Notes: generated from the sequence alone by a model not told the origin. DNA of 39,296 bases from Candidatus Nanohalobium sp. (GCA_042217555.1 JBDGSL010000067.1:1-39296), one strand, 5' to 3'. Positions 1 through 9,572 are shown, counted from the first letter of the stretch. Made by a program: numbers and translations.

Positions 1-133
1 CCAGCTCTTCCAGGTCAATAGTTTCTGTGTTGGTGTAGAACTCGGCGAAGACTTTGTCCGCGGACCGAATCGCGTCAATCCCTTTCTCCGTTACTTCTCC
101 ATCGTCTAGCCCTAGGCCGATCAGGTGTATCAT
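1..133 (-). CDS. dph5: Diphthine synthase (5' part; runs off the window)
   Basis: Manual translation from ATG at 133 gives MIHLIGLGLDDGEVTEKGIDAIRSADKVFAEFYT, matching the Dph5 N-terminal IGLGL...E.YT signature. EF-2 in this window keeps the diphthamide His. Confidence 0.88.
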   Translation of the reverse strand, partial: MIHLIGLGLDDGEVTEKGIDAIRSADKVFAEFYTNTETIDLEEL

Positions 134-190
134 GGTGTAGGTTTGTTGCACTTGTTTTTTAGTTCGAACTGTATTTAGACTTCCCAAATA

Positions 191-198
191 TTTAAATA
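191..198 (+). promoter_or_regulatory. TATA box of the vapBC pair (probably leaderless transcript)
   Basis: TTTAAATA lies about 24-31 nt upstream of ATG 222, the typical archaeal spacing. Confidence 0.5.
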
Positions 199-221
199 AA
201 CCGAGTCTGTAATTAGAGTGT

Positions 222-467
222 ATGGGTATCGTTACTGTTTCGATCGATGACGAGGTCGAGGAACGACTGAGAGAGAAGATCAGCGGTGATAAAGGTTCGC
301 TGGGCAGGGCTATCTCCGAAGCCGTTGAAAACTGGATCGAAAAGGACGAGGAGGAAGAGGCCAGGAAGAAGGGTCTTGAGATGGTGGAGGAAGGCTATGA
401 CATGGGTGAAATCCAGTACGAAGAGAGGAGTGAACTTCATGACAGATGGAGCAAGAACACTGATTGA
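222..467 (+). CDS. CopG/ribbon-helix-helix antitoxin (VapB-like)
   Basis: 81 aa with an N-terminal VTVSIDDEVEERLR strand-helix. Overlaps the start of a PIN gene. Confidence 0.75.
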   Translation: MGIVTVSIDDEVEERLREKISGDKGSLGRAISEAVENWIEKDEEEEARKKGLEMVEEGYDMGEIQYEERSELHDRWSKNTD

Positions 468-879
468 CACGAACGTCCTGGTCTACTCCATAAACTCCGC
501 AGCCGAGGAAAGGAAGAGAAATGAATCCAAGGAGATAATGGCGAAAGGATTCAGGGGCGAAAATACCTACTACGTAGCGCTTCAGAGCCTTGAAGAGTTC
601 ATCACAGTTGTCACATCCGCGATCCAGGAACCGGTATCCTACCAGAGAGCGAGAGAGTACATCCAGACTATCGCAGAAGTCCCGAACTTCAAACTGCTGG
701 AAACAGGGCCGGAGCAAGTCCTGGAAGCAGCCGAAATGATGGAAAACGGTGGGAAGGACTACTGGGACTGCATCATAGCATCCGTCGCCAAGCAAAACGA
801 AGTTGAGAAGATAATCACGGAAAACACACAGGACTTCAAAGACCTCGACATAGAAGCAGAAAACCCGTTCATCCAATGA
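439..879 (+). CDS. vapC: PIN-domain ribonuclease toxin (VapC family)
   Basis: Motifs LIDTNVLVY, conserved E, YWDCII and ITENTQDF. Start moved to ATG 439, which follows GAGGAG. Confidence 0.88.
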   Translation: MTDGARTLIDTNVLVYSINSAAEERKRNESKEIMAKGFRGENTYYVALQSLEEFITVVTSAIQEPVSYQRAREYIQTIAEVPNFKLLETGPEQVLEAAEMMENGGKDYWDCIIASVAKQNEVEKIITENTQDFKDLDIEAENPFIQ

Positions 880-930
880 CAGAAAACTCCGGATCGCTGT
901 CATAAAAATTGCTGCCAAACCTGAATAAAT

Positions 931-1935
931 ATGAAACAGGAAAAACTCGAGGAAAAAGTCACCGAACTGTTCGAAAGACAGGGCTTCAACGTAGAGAAAA
1001 ACGACAACTCCCTGGAAGCGGAAAAAGACGGCCAGGAACTGGAATTGAAAGTATTCTCCTCAGAGGAATACTCTGCGAAAGAAGTCCAGGACTCGGTCTC
1101 GGAAGGCGAGAAAGTGTTCGTCGACGAGCAACTGGAAGACATAGATGATAAAATAGACAACCAGGTCTCAATCATCCGGGAAGAAAGAGAGGAGAAGGAT
1201 TACGACCTCCCCTCATACGAACTAATCGGAGAAATAGCAGTCATCAACGAATTAACTGTCGACAAAGACGAAGCAGTAGAGGGAATTCTGGAGCATCATC
1301 CAAGCGTCAAGACGATACTGCTGAAGGAGGAGCCTCTCCAGGGAGAATTCCGCGTCGGAGAGTACAGGAAACTGTACGGAGAAGAAACCGAAACAATCCA
1401 CACAGAGTACGGATGCAGGTTCAAAGTAGATCCGACCAAGGTCTACTACTCCGAAAGGTTTTCAACAGAGAGGAAGCGGGTAGTCGACCAGATAGAGGAC
1501 GGAGAGAAAGTCTTGGTAATGTTCGCCGGCGTAGGCCCTTTCGCCATAATGGCGGCCAAACTGGCGAATCCTGAGAAAGTCGTCGCGGTAGAAAAGAATC
1601 CTGTAGCAGCCGATTATTTGAAGGAGAATATAGAACTGAACGATGTTGGAGATGTAGTAGAAGGTTATGAAGGAGATGTCAGAGAGGTGGTTCCAGAACT
1701 GGATGAAGAGTTTGACAGGATTATCATGCCGCTGCCGGAGAAGGCGGAGGAGTTTATGGAATTAGCTGAACTGAAGATTAAGGACTCGGGGGTTATCTAT
1801 CTATATTCATTTAGCGAAAGCAAGTCTCAGTTAAAGGAGGAATGGCATTCAGATTTCAAAGTCTTATCAGTTAGTAAATCTGGTGTTAGGTCTCCTTCCG
1901 AGAATAGATATTGTATAGAAATGAAGAAAAAATGA
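931..1935 (+). CDS. trm5: tRNA (guanine37-N1)-methyltransferase, Trm5/Met10+ family
   Basis: Motifs SYELIGEIAVI, VYYSERFSTER, SAM motif VMFAGVGPF, EKNP and DRIIMPLP. The N-terminal ~85 aa are atypical. Confidence 0.8.
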   Translation: MKQEKLEEKVTELFERQGFNVEKNDNSLEAEKDGQELELKVFSSEEYSAKEVQDSVSEGEKVFVDEQLEDIDDKIDNQVSIIREEREEKDYDLPSYELIGEIAVINELTVDKDEAVEGILEHHPSVKTILLKEEPLQGEFRVGEYRKLYGEETETIHTEYGCRFKVDPTKVYYSERFSTERKRVVDQIEDGEKVLVMFAGVGPFAIMAAKLANPEKVVAVEKNPVAADYLKENIELNDVGDVVEGYEGDVREVVPELDEEFDRIIMPLPEKAEEFMELAELKIKDSGVIYLYSFSESKSQLKEEWHSDFKVLSVSKSGVRSPSENRYCIEMKKK

Positions 1936-1941
1936 GGGATA

Positions 1942-3594
1942 TTATTCCTCGTAAATTACGTCCTGTGTGTCCTCAATAAATTCTATCTCATCTAAATCGG
2001 TTGGATTCAAGCCAAGTTCTTCATAAGCCTCTTCTCTTTCTCCTGAAGCTAGTTTTAAAGCTTCTTCAGCTGAATAATTTCCATCTTCGAACTCAACATC
2101 TGTTGATTCTGGAAGTGTATTCTCCATCAGGCTGTTGACATATCTCTGAACTGTATCTACAGAATCATAGGCTGCTTCAGCCTGTTCTCTAATTGCATAT
2201 TGAATACTTGTCATATCGCCTGCTTGAACCGTATCCTCCATCTGTTCAGTGAGTTCTTCAAGGCCTAGCTCATGGGCAAGTTCCGTTTCGATGTAAGTCT
2301 GTGCTGCATCTCTGAGATTCTCAGCATTGTCGCCTCTTGTGTTTCTAGAATCTGTCATTCTCTGAAGTCTTCTCTGACTTGCTGTTGCTAGATCAAATAC
2401 TGTATCCACATCAGCATCGCTCAGTTGATCTGCTACTGATTCTCCAACTCCATCTACATTCGTCAGATCTTCTGCCTTTGTTGTGAATGTGTCATAGCTT
2501 TCCAGAGTGTCTTGTAGATCTCCTTCAATCTCTTCTACAGCATTTACAGCTGTGCTAAACCTCTCTGCCTGTCTTTCAAATGCATCGGCTACTGTTGCTC
2601 TTAGATGTTGTGCTGCCTCAATTGGATCAACATCTTCTTCATCGTAAAATTCTCTGATGTTAGTTGTTACAGAAGATACAATTTGGTCTTCTGTTCCTGT
2701 TATCTCTGCTACTTCATCTATGTAATCTGCACCTGCTTCCTGCAACTTTTTAGCTTGCTCCTCATCAAGATTCGTTTCTATGTCTAAGTCGTACTCTTCT
2801 GCTGCTTCTTCCAGTGCTTCTTCCATGTCGTCAATTGAAATCTCATCGTCTGCTTCCTGAACATTTTCAATAGCTGTCTCTACAATAGAATCTACCTCTT
2901 CATAGGTTTCTTTTCTGTCTTGAAGCTCTAGTGCTTGGCCTTCTATATTTACCTCGTCAAGAACATCTTCAATTGAGTTGTCTGCTCTGTCCTTTGCTAG
3001 TTCTGCCTGTTCTTCCCCGAAAAGCCATAGGTCTCCAGTTTCTTCCATCTCGTCGTGGACGGTGGGATCATCTTGAGCTCCTTTCGCGGATTTCACTCTA
3101 GACCTGTTTTTGTCTTGAGTAACCAGTTGATCTCTTTCCCATGCCATAGGCAGTGTTTCATCTAGCGCTAGGCTGAACTCTGATCTAAAACTACTGTAAT
3201 CTTCTTCAACTCTCTCTCCATCAATGGAGACTTCCTCTTCTCTACCTCCAAACTCTGTTTCATAATGAGCCTTTCTTGCTCCTGCCATTTCCCTTAATTT
3301 ATCTGCCGAAGCCTCAATTTGATCTTGGTCATCTTTCATTTCCTTACCTAATCCGAGTGCGTCCTTGACCATAGAGACCATCGAGTTGGCCTCGTCCCCT
3401 ACACCTGTTTCTATATTATCTACAACATCTTCGGATGCCTGCTCAAATTCATTTCTAAAGTCTCCTCTCTCATCTCTGTTAGATTTAAGAGTTTCGTCCA
3501 CGTCTATGTCTTCTCTTGGATTTTGATTGTTGTCTCCATCTTCTTCGACCTGTTGATCTAGTATGTCCTCTGCTCCGTCTCCTGGTTCTGCCAT
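1942..3594 (-). CDS. Hypothetical, very acidic helical protein with helix-hairpin-helix motif(s)
   Basis: 550-aa ORF with GGTGA SD upstream. LTNVDGVGESVADQLSDADVDTVFDLATAS resembles RadA/NusA-type HhH. Confidence 0.75.
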   Translation of the reverse strand: MAEPGDGAEDILDQQVEEDGDNNQNPREDIDVDETLKSNRDERGDFRNEFEQASEDVVDNIETGVGDEANSMVSMVKDALGLGKEMKDDQDQIEASADKLREMAGARKAHYETEFGGREEEVSIDGERVEEDYSSFRSEFSLALDETLPMAWERDQLVTQDKNRSRVKSAKGAQDDPTVHDEMEETGDLWLFGEEQAELAKDRADNSIEDVLDEVNIEGQALELQDRKETYEEVDSIVETAIENVQEADDEISIDDMEEALEEAAEEYDLDIETNLDEEQAKKLQEAGADYIDEVAEITGTEDQIVSSVTTNIREFYDEEDVDPIEAAQHLRATVADAFERQAERFSTAVNAVEEIEGDLQDTLESYDTFTTKAEDLTNVDGVGESVADQLSDADVDTVFDLATASQRRLQRMTDSRNTRGDNAENLRDAAQTYIETELAHELGLEELTEQMEDTVQAGDMTSIQYAIREQAEAAYDSVDTVQRYVNSLMENTLPESTDVEFEDGNYSAEEALKLASGEREEAYEELGLNPTDLDEIEFIEDTQDVIYEE

Positions 3595-3763
3595 AGTTTT
3601 ATTTCACCATATGTTTACTGTAACCTTTAATCTTATATTTCTGTCCTTGAGGTGACAACATTGTGGAATTAGACGTGTTCTCTGGGTGCTTCCTGGAAAG
3701 GCCCTCTCACCCCACAGATATTTAATAGTTTTACCTAAAAGTAACAACAGGTGTTTTGCAAAA

Positions 3764-4831
3764 ATGGCCGATATTTCCGAAGAGGAGCACAACGAGAAGT
3801 TAAGAGAGAAGAGTGTAATCGCTGCTATAGTGGAGAACCGGTGGACTGTTGAACTTACCGAAAACATCTTTGATCTCTTCGAGGACACAGAATGGGTGGA
3901 TGAAGATACAAGAGAGGAGGTAAGGCGAATCCATGATGATACAGAAGAAGTACTTAACGAATTCGAACTTCTTAATGGATATGATACGGACAAGATAAGA
4001 AGTTTAGATGAGTCTGCCCAACGTAATCGGATACATGAATTAGCTAAGAATACTCGTGACGCACTTGAATACTCGAACAAACTGTTATCACAGGTTGAGG
4101 GACACTATGATGTAGTTGATGAACTTCGTAATATAGTAGAGAATGAGGTTGAAGCAGCTTTTGAAGATTATGATGGGTTTCCTGTAGATGTAGAGCTAAA
4201 TTATGGTGATGTTGCACAGCAGTTGGAACAGAACCTGAATTATGAGAAACTTGGAGAAGAAATAGGTTCAGAGGAATTTGCAGCCTTGGTAGCTGCTGAT
4301 CTTGAGGTAAATGAATCCAAGATTGCCTCATCTTTAGAGGTTAATGAAGAATTAATAGCAGATTATTTAGATGAACAGAAAATAGGTGAATACGTAACTG
4401 TAGAGACAAGGTTCAATGGCAACGTAAACGTTGATAAAAATACTTTAGAGGCGGCGTTTGAAGATGCGGATTTAGAAGCAGTTGATTACGACAGAATAGA
4501 GCATATTCTGGACAGAAGCCTTGAAGTAGATGTAGTAGATATAGAGGATCAGACAGATTACCGGAGAATAGAGAACATCCTTGAACGCAAGATTCCGGAT
4601 GATTATGCCACTCAAGAAGGTGTAGCAGATGAACATTCCAAAACGAGGGAGCTCATACGTGAGGAAATCGGAGGTACTGATGAGTCTGATGACCTGAGTT
4701 CTGAAAGTGAATATAATGATGAGTCTGATGGCCTGGGTTCTGAAAGTTATGACTTAGGAATAATGGAGAAAATAGCTCTCATACCCATAAAGATTGGAGA
4801 TGCTCTGAACTATGGGGGTGATGACAGATGA
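3764..4831 (+). CDS. Hypothetical acidic protein with short helical repeats
   Basis: Start moved to ATG 3764 (MADISEEE), where acidic composition begins. Repeats such as VDYDRIEHIL and TDYRRIENIL. ATGA overlap with the next gene. Confidence 0.75.
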   Translation: MADISEEEHNEKLREKSVIAAIVENRWTVELTENIFDLFEDTEWVDEDTREEVRRIHDDTEEVLNEFELLNGYDTDKIRSLDESAQRNRIHELAKNTRDALEYSNKLLSQVEGHYDVVDELRNIVENEVEAAFEDYDGFPVDVELNYGDVAQQLEQNLNYEKLGEEIGSEEFAALVAADLEVNESKIASSLEVNEELIADYLDEQKIGEYVTVETRFNGNVNVDKNTLEAAFEDADLEAVDYDRIEHILDRSLEVDVVDIEDQTDYRRIENILERKIPDDYATQEGVADEHSKTRELIREEIGGTDESDDLSSESEYNDESDGLGSESYDLGIMEKIALIPIKIGDALNYGGDDR

Positions 4832-5280
4832 GTGATGATTATCCAATAAGTAGAAGAGATATAGTTAAAGGAATGGGCACTCTTACGATAGGTGTAGGAG
4901 TTCTTGGTGCTGGTGTAGGAGTTCTTGGCGCTGAACAGATTAGGGAATTCCTTTCTGGCAGAGGTAGTCAGGAGCCTTCAGATAAGGATCCTAAACCTGA
5001 TAAGGAGCCGTGGGATAAAGTACCTGAGAATGAGAGGGTTGGTTGGGATGTTGCAAGAGGTTATCTTGATGAGGAAAGAGAGGATAAACTTGAACAGTGG
5101 CTTTCGGAACACGGTACGAGTCCGGAAAATGCTGAGTATGAGTTCGATGAGGATTATGCGGAGAACACAGAGAGAGAACCGCTTTTCGATCTGAGGGTCT
5201 ACGCTGAAGGAGAGGAAGGAGAAGTTGTAAAAGGCAGTTTTGAAAATATAGGGCTTGTATACGGTGAAGAACAAAAATGA
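4828..5280 (+). CDS. Membrane-anchored or exported protein with twin-arginine-like N-terminus
   Basis: ISRRDIVKG followed by a Gly-rich hydrophobic stretch. ATGA overlaps at both ends. Confidence 0.7.
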   Translation: MSDDYPISRRDIVKGMGTLTIGVGVLGAGVGVLGAEQIREFLSGRGSQEPSDKDPKPDKEPWDKVPENERVGWDVARGYLDEEREDKLEQWLSEHGTSPENAEYEFDEDYAENTEREPLFDLRVYAEGEEGEVVKGSFENIGLVYGEEQK

Positions 5281-8200
5281 AGTCTACAACGATATCCAAG
5301 TCACTTTTGCTCGTAATGTTTATAGGCCTCAGTGTTTCATCTGTTTCAGCCTTGAACTCTGTTGATGATGTTAATATACAGCTTCCGGAAAGCCATCCTG
5401 TTGACCAGCCGATAGAGATAAGCGGAAGTGCAGAAGGAAGGTCGCTCGATAAAATTTACTTGAAAGAGTACAACGATTTATGGGAGACTAGAAAAGAGAA
5501 GGACTGTGCTGGTAGTAGCTGTAGCATTACGTGGACCGGTTCTGTAAGTGAGACAGGGGTAAAAACATACAGGATTAAAGCTGAGGCAGGAACTGAAGAA
5601 GGTTTTGCCACCAGAAACGTAAATATTGTAGAACCGAGTGAGCCGGATGTTGAAGTTGATTTTAGTTGGAGTCCTCAGGGTCCTGGGGTTGATGAGCAGG
5701 TGGAGTTTACTGCGGAAGTTACAAGCGGTGATGAAGGAGATGTTGACAGTTATGTGTGGGATTTGAAGGAGAGTGGTTTTTACTGGGGGGGTGAGACTGT
5801 TCACACTAGTTACGGGAGTGAAGGAAGTTATACTGTTGTTTTGAAGGCGAAGACTGATTCGGGTGAAACCCTGGATACTGTAAAGGATGAGATAACGGTT
5901 GGAGAGGGTGATGGGCCTTCTAATAAGCCTCCTGTGGCTGATTTCAGTTTTGATCCTTCGAATCCTGTTGTAGGCGAGCAGGTTGTTTTTGACGCGGGTG
6001 AAAGCTATGATCCTGATGGTGACTCCTGGGATCTGAGCTATGAGTGGGATATGGACGGTGATGGAGACTTTGAGACTGCTGGAGAGGAGCCTGTACACAG
6101 TTTTGATTCTTCGGGAAGTCATGAGGTGTCTTTGCGTGTTACTGATGATGACGGGCTTTCTGATACTGTTTCCAGGACTGCCAGTGTTGGTAATGGAGAG
6201 GATGAGCCTGAGGAGGGAGGTGTCGATGTTGAGGTACGTGATTCTGACGGTGATCTGCTTGAGAATGCTTTTGTGGAGGTTGACGGCAGTGAGTATCGCA
6301 GCGGGCGGACTTCCGGTAGCGGGGAAATAAGTTTTTCAGGTCTTCCTACAGGTAGTTATGACTTGAAAGTTGAGTGTGAGGGCCATCAGCGTTCCAGGAA
6401 TGTCTACGTGACTACGGGAAGTGATACCGTGTCGGTGAAGCTGTCTAATCTTCACAGCAGTGATGACTACTGTGGTGATACAGGCGGTGAGGATCCTTCT
6501 GCGGTTCTGGATGTAAGTCCTAATCCTGCTGATCTGTATGAGTCCGTAACCTTTGATGCTACTTCGAGCAGTGATGACGGCAGTATATCGAAGTACAGGT
6601 TTGATCTTGACGGTGACGGTGACTACGATCGGACGGACTGGGATGGAGAGACCAGTAAGACTTACTACAGCAGTTTTTCCGGTTATGTGAAGGTTAAGGT
6701 CTATGATGAAGACGGTAACACTGATACTGACAGGGTTTACCTCCAGGTTCAGGAAGAGAAACAGGACGGGTCCTTGGATGTTATAGTCCGTGATGACGGC
6801 GGTGACAGGCTGGAGAACGCATTGGTTGAAGTGGACGGTAGTTCGAGGAGAACATCGGGCAGTGGAAGAGCAGGTTTCTCCGGTCTTGAACCCGGTAGTT
6901 ACAGTATAGATGTGTCGTGTGAAGGCCGTTCCAGGCAGAAGTCAGTCTATGTAGGAAGCGGCGAGGATGCAACTGATAACGTCTCTCTTAACTTCTACAG
7001 CAGTGATGACTACTGTGGTTCCGAGGACGGTCTTGACGCCGAGTTCAGCATCTCTGATTCAAACCCTGAAGTCGGCCAGTCCGTAAACTTTGATGCTTCT
7101 TCGAGTACTGGTGATGTTGTTGGTTATGAGTGGAGTTTTGGTGATGGTGGTACGAGTTCCGGTAGTCAGGTGGTTCATTCGTATGATGAAAGTGGTTCTT
7201 ACAGTGTTACTTTGACGGTTGAAGGTTCTTCAGGTTCTACTGATTCTGTGAGTAAGACTGTGAATGTTCAGGAAGAGGTGGGGGAGGGACCTGAGGCAGG
7301 TTTTGAGTACAGTCCGTCTTCTCCGTCGGTTGGTGATCAGGTCAGTTTTGATGCTTCTTCGAGTACTGGTGATGTTGTTGGTTATGAGTGGAGTTTTGGT
7401 GATGGTGGTACGAGTTCCGGTAGTCAGGTGGTTCATACCTACAGTGAGACAGGTACTTACCCTGTAAGCCTTACTGTTACAGGAAGTCAGGGAGAGCAGG
7501 ATTCGGCTGTGAAGTACGTGAACGTGGATCTGGAACCGGGGGCCTGCGGTATAACGGAGGATAGTTTCTACTTCTCGCTTGATGATTACGTTATTGAGAA
7601 AGGCGAGTCCACTGAGGCAAAGCTACAGATCTACAATACCGGTACACGGGATCAGGATGTAGAGGCAAAGTTCAAGGTAGGAACGGATACTGTAGTTCAG
7701 AGAACTGTTACAGTACCTTCCCAGGGTTTGAAGACGGTGAGTGAGGAGGTCAGTCCGGAGGAAGATTCGCTTGTCAAAGCCGAGTTCTCTACTACCGGGG
7801 GGCCATGTGGATACAAGGATTTCGACAGCAGGGTGAAGGAGCTTATAGTCCTTGAAGAGGGAGGTGGGGAGGCATCTCTGGATGTGAACGTTGACTCTGA
7901 CAAGGGATACGTCAGGAACGCCCGTGTAGAGGTTGATGGCCCTGAGGACAGGGTCAGGTACACGGACAGTTACGGTGATGCAGGGTTCAGTCTTGAACCG
8001 GGAAGCTACGATGTGGATGTAAGCCATCCCGAGTACCGTTCAGAGGAAGGGTCTGTCAATCTTAAGTCGGGAGATAATGAAAGCCTGGACTTCTACCTGG
8101 ACAGGGATGAGAGGGGTGAAGGCACTCTACGCGTAAAGGTAGAAGATGAGGACGGGGATGGTGTGGAGGATGCCCGTGTAAGGGTGGATAAAGGCGATAC

Positions 8201-9572
8201 AGAGGTAGAGTATACAGACAGAGATGGATACGCAGTTTTCTCACTTGAGGAAGGCAACTACAGTATAGAGGTGACGCACCCGGACTACAACTACACTGTT
8301 CACGAAGAGGCAGAAGTAGAGGAAGGTGAGACCACGTTCAGATCCGTAACCCTTCTTCAAAAGAAGGAGGGGCTGGAGATAACTGACACCGGTTACAGAT
8401 CCTCCGTCTGCAAAGGTTCAACACTTTCCGTAGACGTAACCGTTAAGAACAACGCAGAACAGACAGAGTACGTTACGATCACAGGTAAGGGCCTCGGGTC
8501 GATAAACGTTATAGATCCCTTCCTCCTGGATGAAGGAGAGAGAAAGACCAGGACTGTAAGGTTCACCAACGTAGAAGGTTCAGGCGCGGAAGAGTTCAGA
8601 ATCCAGGCCAGGAACGGTACCAGCGACGAAGCATACAGAGATGTAGAGGTCAAAGACTGTCAGCCGGTGGAAAGACCTTCTGATCCAACAGCTGTATCGA
8701 TGAAACTTTCCTACCCTGTACCGCCTGACAGGGCCGTTGTCGGAGACACGGTCAAGGTAACAGGCTTCGTGGACGGTGTTAACCGTCGTACACAGGTAGA
8801 GATAGATGTTAACGGCGAGCAGAAGGCAAAGGTATCGACACAGCCCGACGGCTACTACCAGACATACATCACTGTTGACTCCATAGGAACCAAGACGGTA
8901 AGAGCCAGTTCAGGAGGTAAATCAGCTTCAAGAGAGATAGAGGTAGTGCCTACTGCCCGCGTCGGAATGGTGGACGCACCGAGAAAAGTCTTCCAGGGAG
9001 AGAACTTCCAGGTCTGTTCCGAAGTAACTTCACAGGTAGATCCCAGGGTTCTGCTTCTCCGTGACGGACAGATACTTAACTCTACTAACGCTGACGGAGA
9101 CGTCTGCTTCGATGTAACGGCCTCGGAAACAGGCATGCACAGCTTTGAGGTAAGAGCCCTTACATATGGAGAAGGAAGCTCCTCTTCGACCACGGTCGAA
9201 GTTATGGAAACTGATGTGGAGGCAAGAAGCTACCCGGATCAGATAGCATCGGTGGAGTCCGGAAGCGGCATGGTAAAGGTCGAACTGTACAACACTCACC
9301 GTGAGGAGAAACGGTATGAACTCCAGCTTGAAGGACTTCCAAGCACATGGCTGTCACAGAGCAGGAAACAGGTGGTCCTTCAGCCGGGAGAGAGAAAGAC
9401 AGTTTACTTCTACCTGACTCCGAGAGAAGAAGGCGACTATGACCCTGAGATAGTGGTCAGTGCTGACAACCAGCAGGTGTATCGACAAAAGGTAGATCTG
9501 GAGACCGGAGGCCAGAAGGAACCACGGAGAAACTCGTTAATCAACGCCCTGGTAGATTTATTCGGCTTCTGA
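5277..9572 (+). CDS. Large secreted surface protein with PKD and carboxypeptidase-regulatory-like/Ig domains
   Basis: Signal peptide; about five PKD repeats (FDASSSTG..YEWSFGDG, WDMDGDGD); transthyretin-like repeats (LENALVEVDG..T...G...FSGL.PGSY); C-terminal Ig-like domains. Confidence 0.88.
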   Translation: MKSTTISKSLLLVMFIGLSVSSVSALNSVDDVNIQLPESHPVDQPIEISGSAEGRSLDKIYLKEYNDLWETRKEKDCAGSSCSITWTGSVSETGVKTYRIKAEAGTEEGFATRNVNIVEPSEPDVEVDFSWSPQGPGVDEQVEFTAEVTSGDEGDVDSYVWDLKESGFYWGGETVHTSYGSEGSYTVVLKAKTDSGETLDTVKDEITVGEGDGPSNKPPVADFSFDPSNPVVGEQVVFDAGESYDPDGDSWDLSYEWDMDGDGDFETAGEEPVHSFDSSGSHEVSLRVTDDDGLSDTVSRTASVGNGEDEPEEGGVDVEVRDSDGDLLENAFVEVDGSEYRSGRTSGSGEISFSGLPTGSYDLKVECEGHQRSRNVYVTTGSDTVSVKLSNLHSSDDYCGDTGGEDPSAVLDVSPNPADLYESVTFDATSSSDDGSISKYRFDLDGDGDYDRTDWDGETSKTYYSSFSGYVKVKVYDEDGNTDTDRVYLQVQEEKQDGSLDVIVRDDGGDRLENALVEVDGSSRRTSGSGRAGFSGLEPGSYSIDVSCEGRSRQKSVYVGSGEDATDNVSLNFYSSDDYCGSEDGLDAEFSISDSNPEVGQSVNFDASSSTGDVVGYEWSFGDGGTSSGSQVVHSYDESGSYSVTLTVEGSSGSTDSVSKTVNVQEEVGEGPEAGFEYSPSSPSVGDQVSFDASSSTGDVVGYEWSFGDGGTSSGSQVVHTYSETGTYPVSLTVTGSQGEQDSAVKYVNVDLEPGACGITEDSFYFSLDDYVIEKGESTEAKLQIYNTGTRDQDVEAKFKVGTDTVVQRTVTVPSQGLKTVSEEVSPEEDSLVKAEFSTTGGPCGYKDFDSRVKELIVLEEGGGEASLDVNVDSDKGYVRNARVEVDGPEDRVRYTDSYGDAGFSLEPGSYDVDVSHPEYRSEEGSVNLKSGDNESLDFYLDRDERGEGTLRVKVEDEDGDGVEDARVRVDKGDTEVEYTDRDGYAVFSLEEGNYSIEVTHPDYNYTVHEEAEVEEGETTFRSVTLLQKKEGLEITDTGYRSSVCKGSTLSVDVTVKNNAEQTEYVTITGKGLGSINVIDPFLLDEGERKTRTVRFTNVEGSGAEEFRIQARNGTSDEAYRDVEVKDCQPVERPSDPTAVSMKLSYPVPPDRAVVGDTVKVTGFVDGVNRRTQVEIDVNGEQKAKVSTQPDGYYQTYITVDSIGTKTVRASSGGKSASREIEVVPTARVGMVDAPRKVFQGENFQVCSEVTSQVDPRVLLLRDGQILNSTNADGDVCFDVTASETGMHSFEVRALTYGEGSSSSTTVEVMETDVEARSYPDQIASVESGSGMVKVELYNTHREEKRYELQLEGLPSTWLSQSRKQVVLQPGERKTVYFYLTPREEGDYDPEIVVSADNQQVYRQKVDLETGGQKEPRRNSLINALVDLFGF
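6454..7019 (+). repeat. 23-bp identical direct repeat (6454-6476 and 6997-7019) marking a duplicated module
   Basis: ACAGCAGTGATGACTACTGTGGT occurs twice, 543 bp apart, encoding SSDDYCG. Confidence 0.8.
7089..7436 (+). repeat. 90-bp identical direct repeat (7089-7178 and 7347-7436) in tandem PKD domains
   Basis: TTTGATGCTTCTTCGAGTACT...GGTAGTCAGGTGGTTCAT occurs twice, 258 bp apart. Confidence 0.92.

Noticed and set aside
3649..3725. GAGGTGA followed by a 20-aa GTG frame
   Set aside because: It lies in a divergent promoter region with no coupling to neighbours and no protein-like signal, so it could be chance.
7089..7436. Repeat pair as a diversity-generating retroelement TR/VR or a CRISPR array
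   Set aside because: The copies are identical with no adenine-specific mismatches, lie in frame within PKD domains, and no reverse transcriptase or cas gene is in the window.
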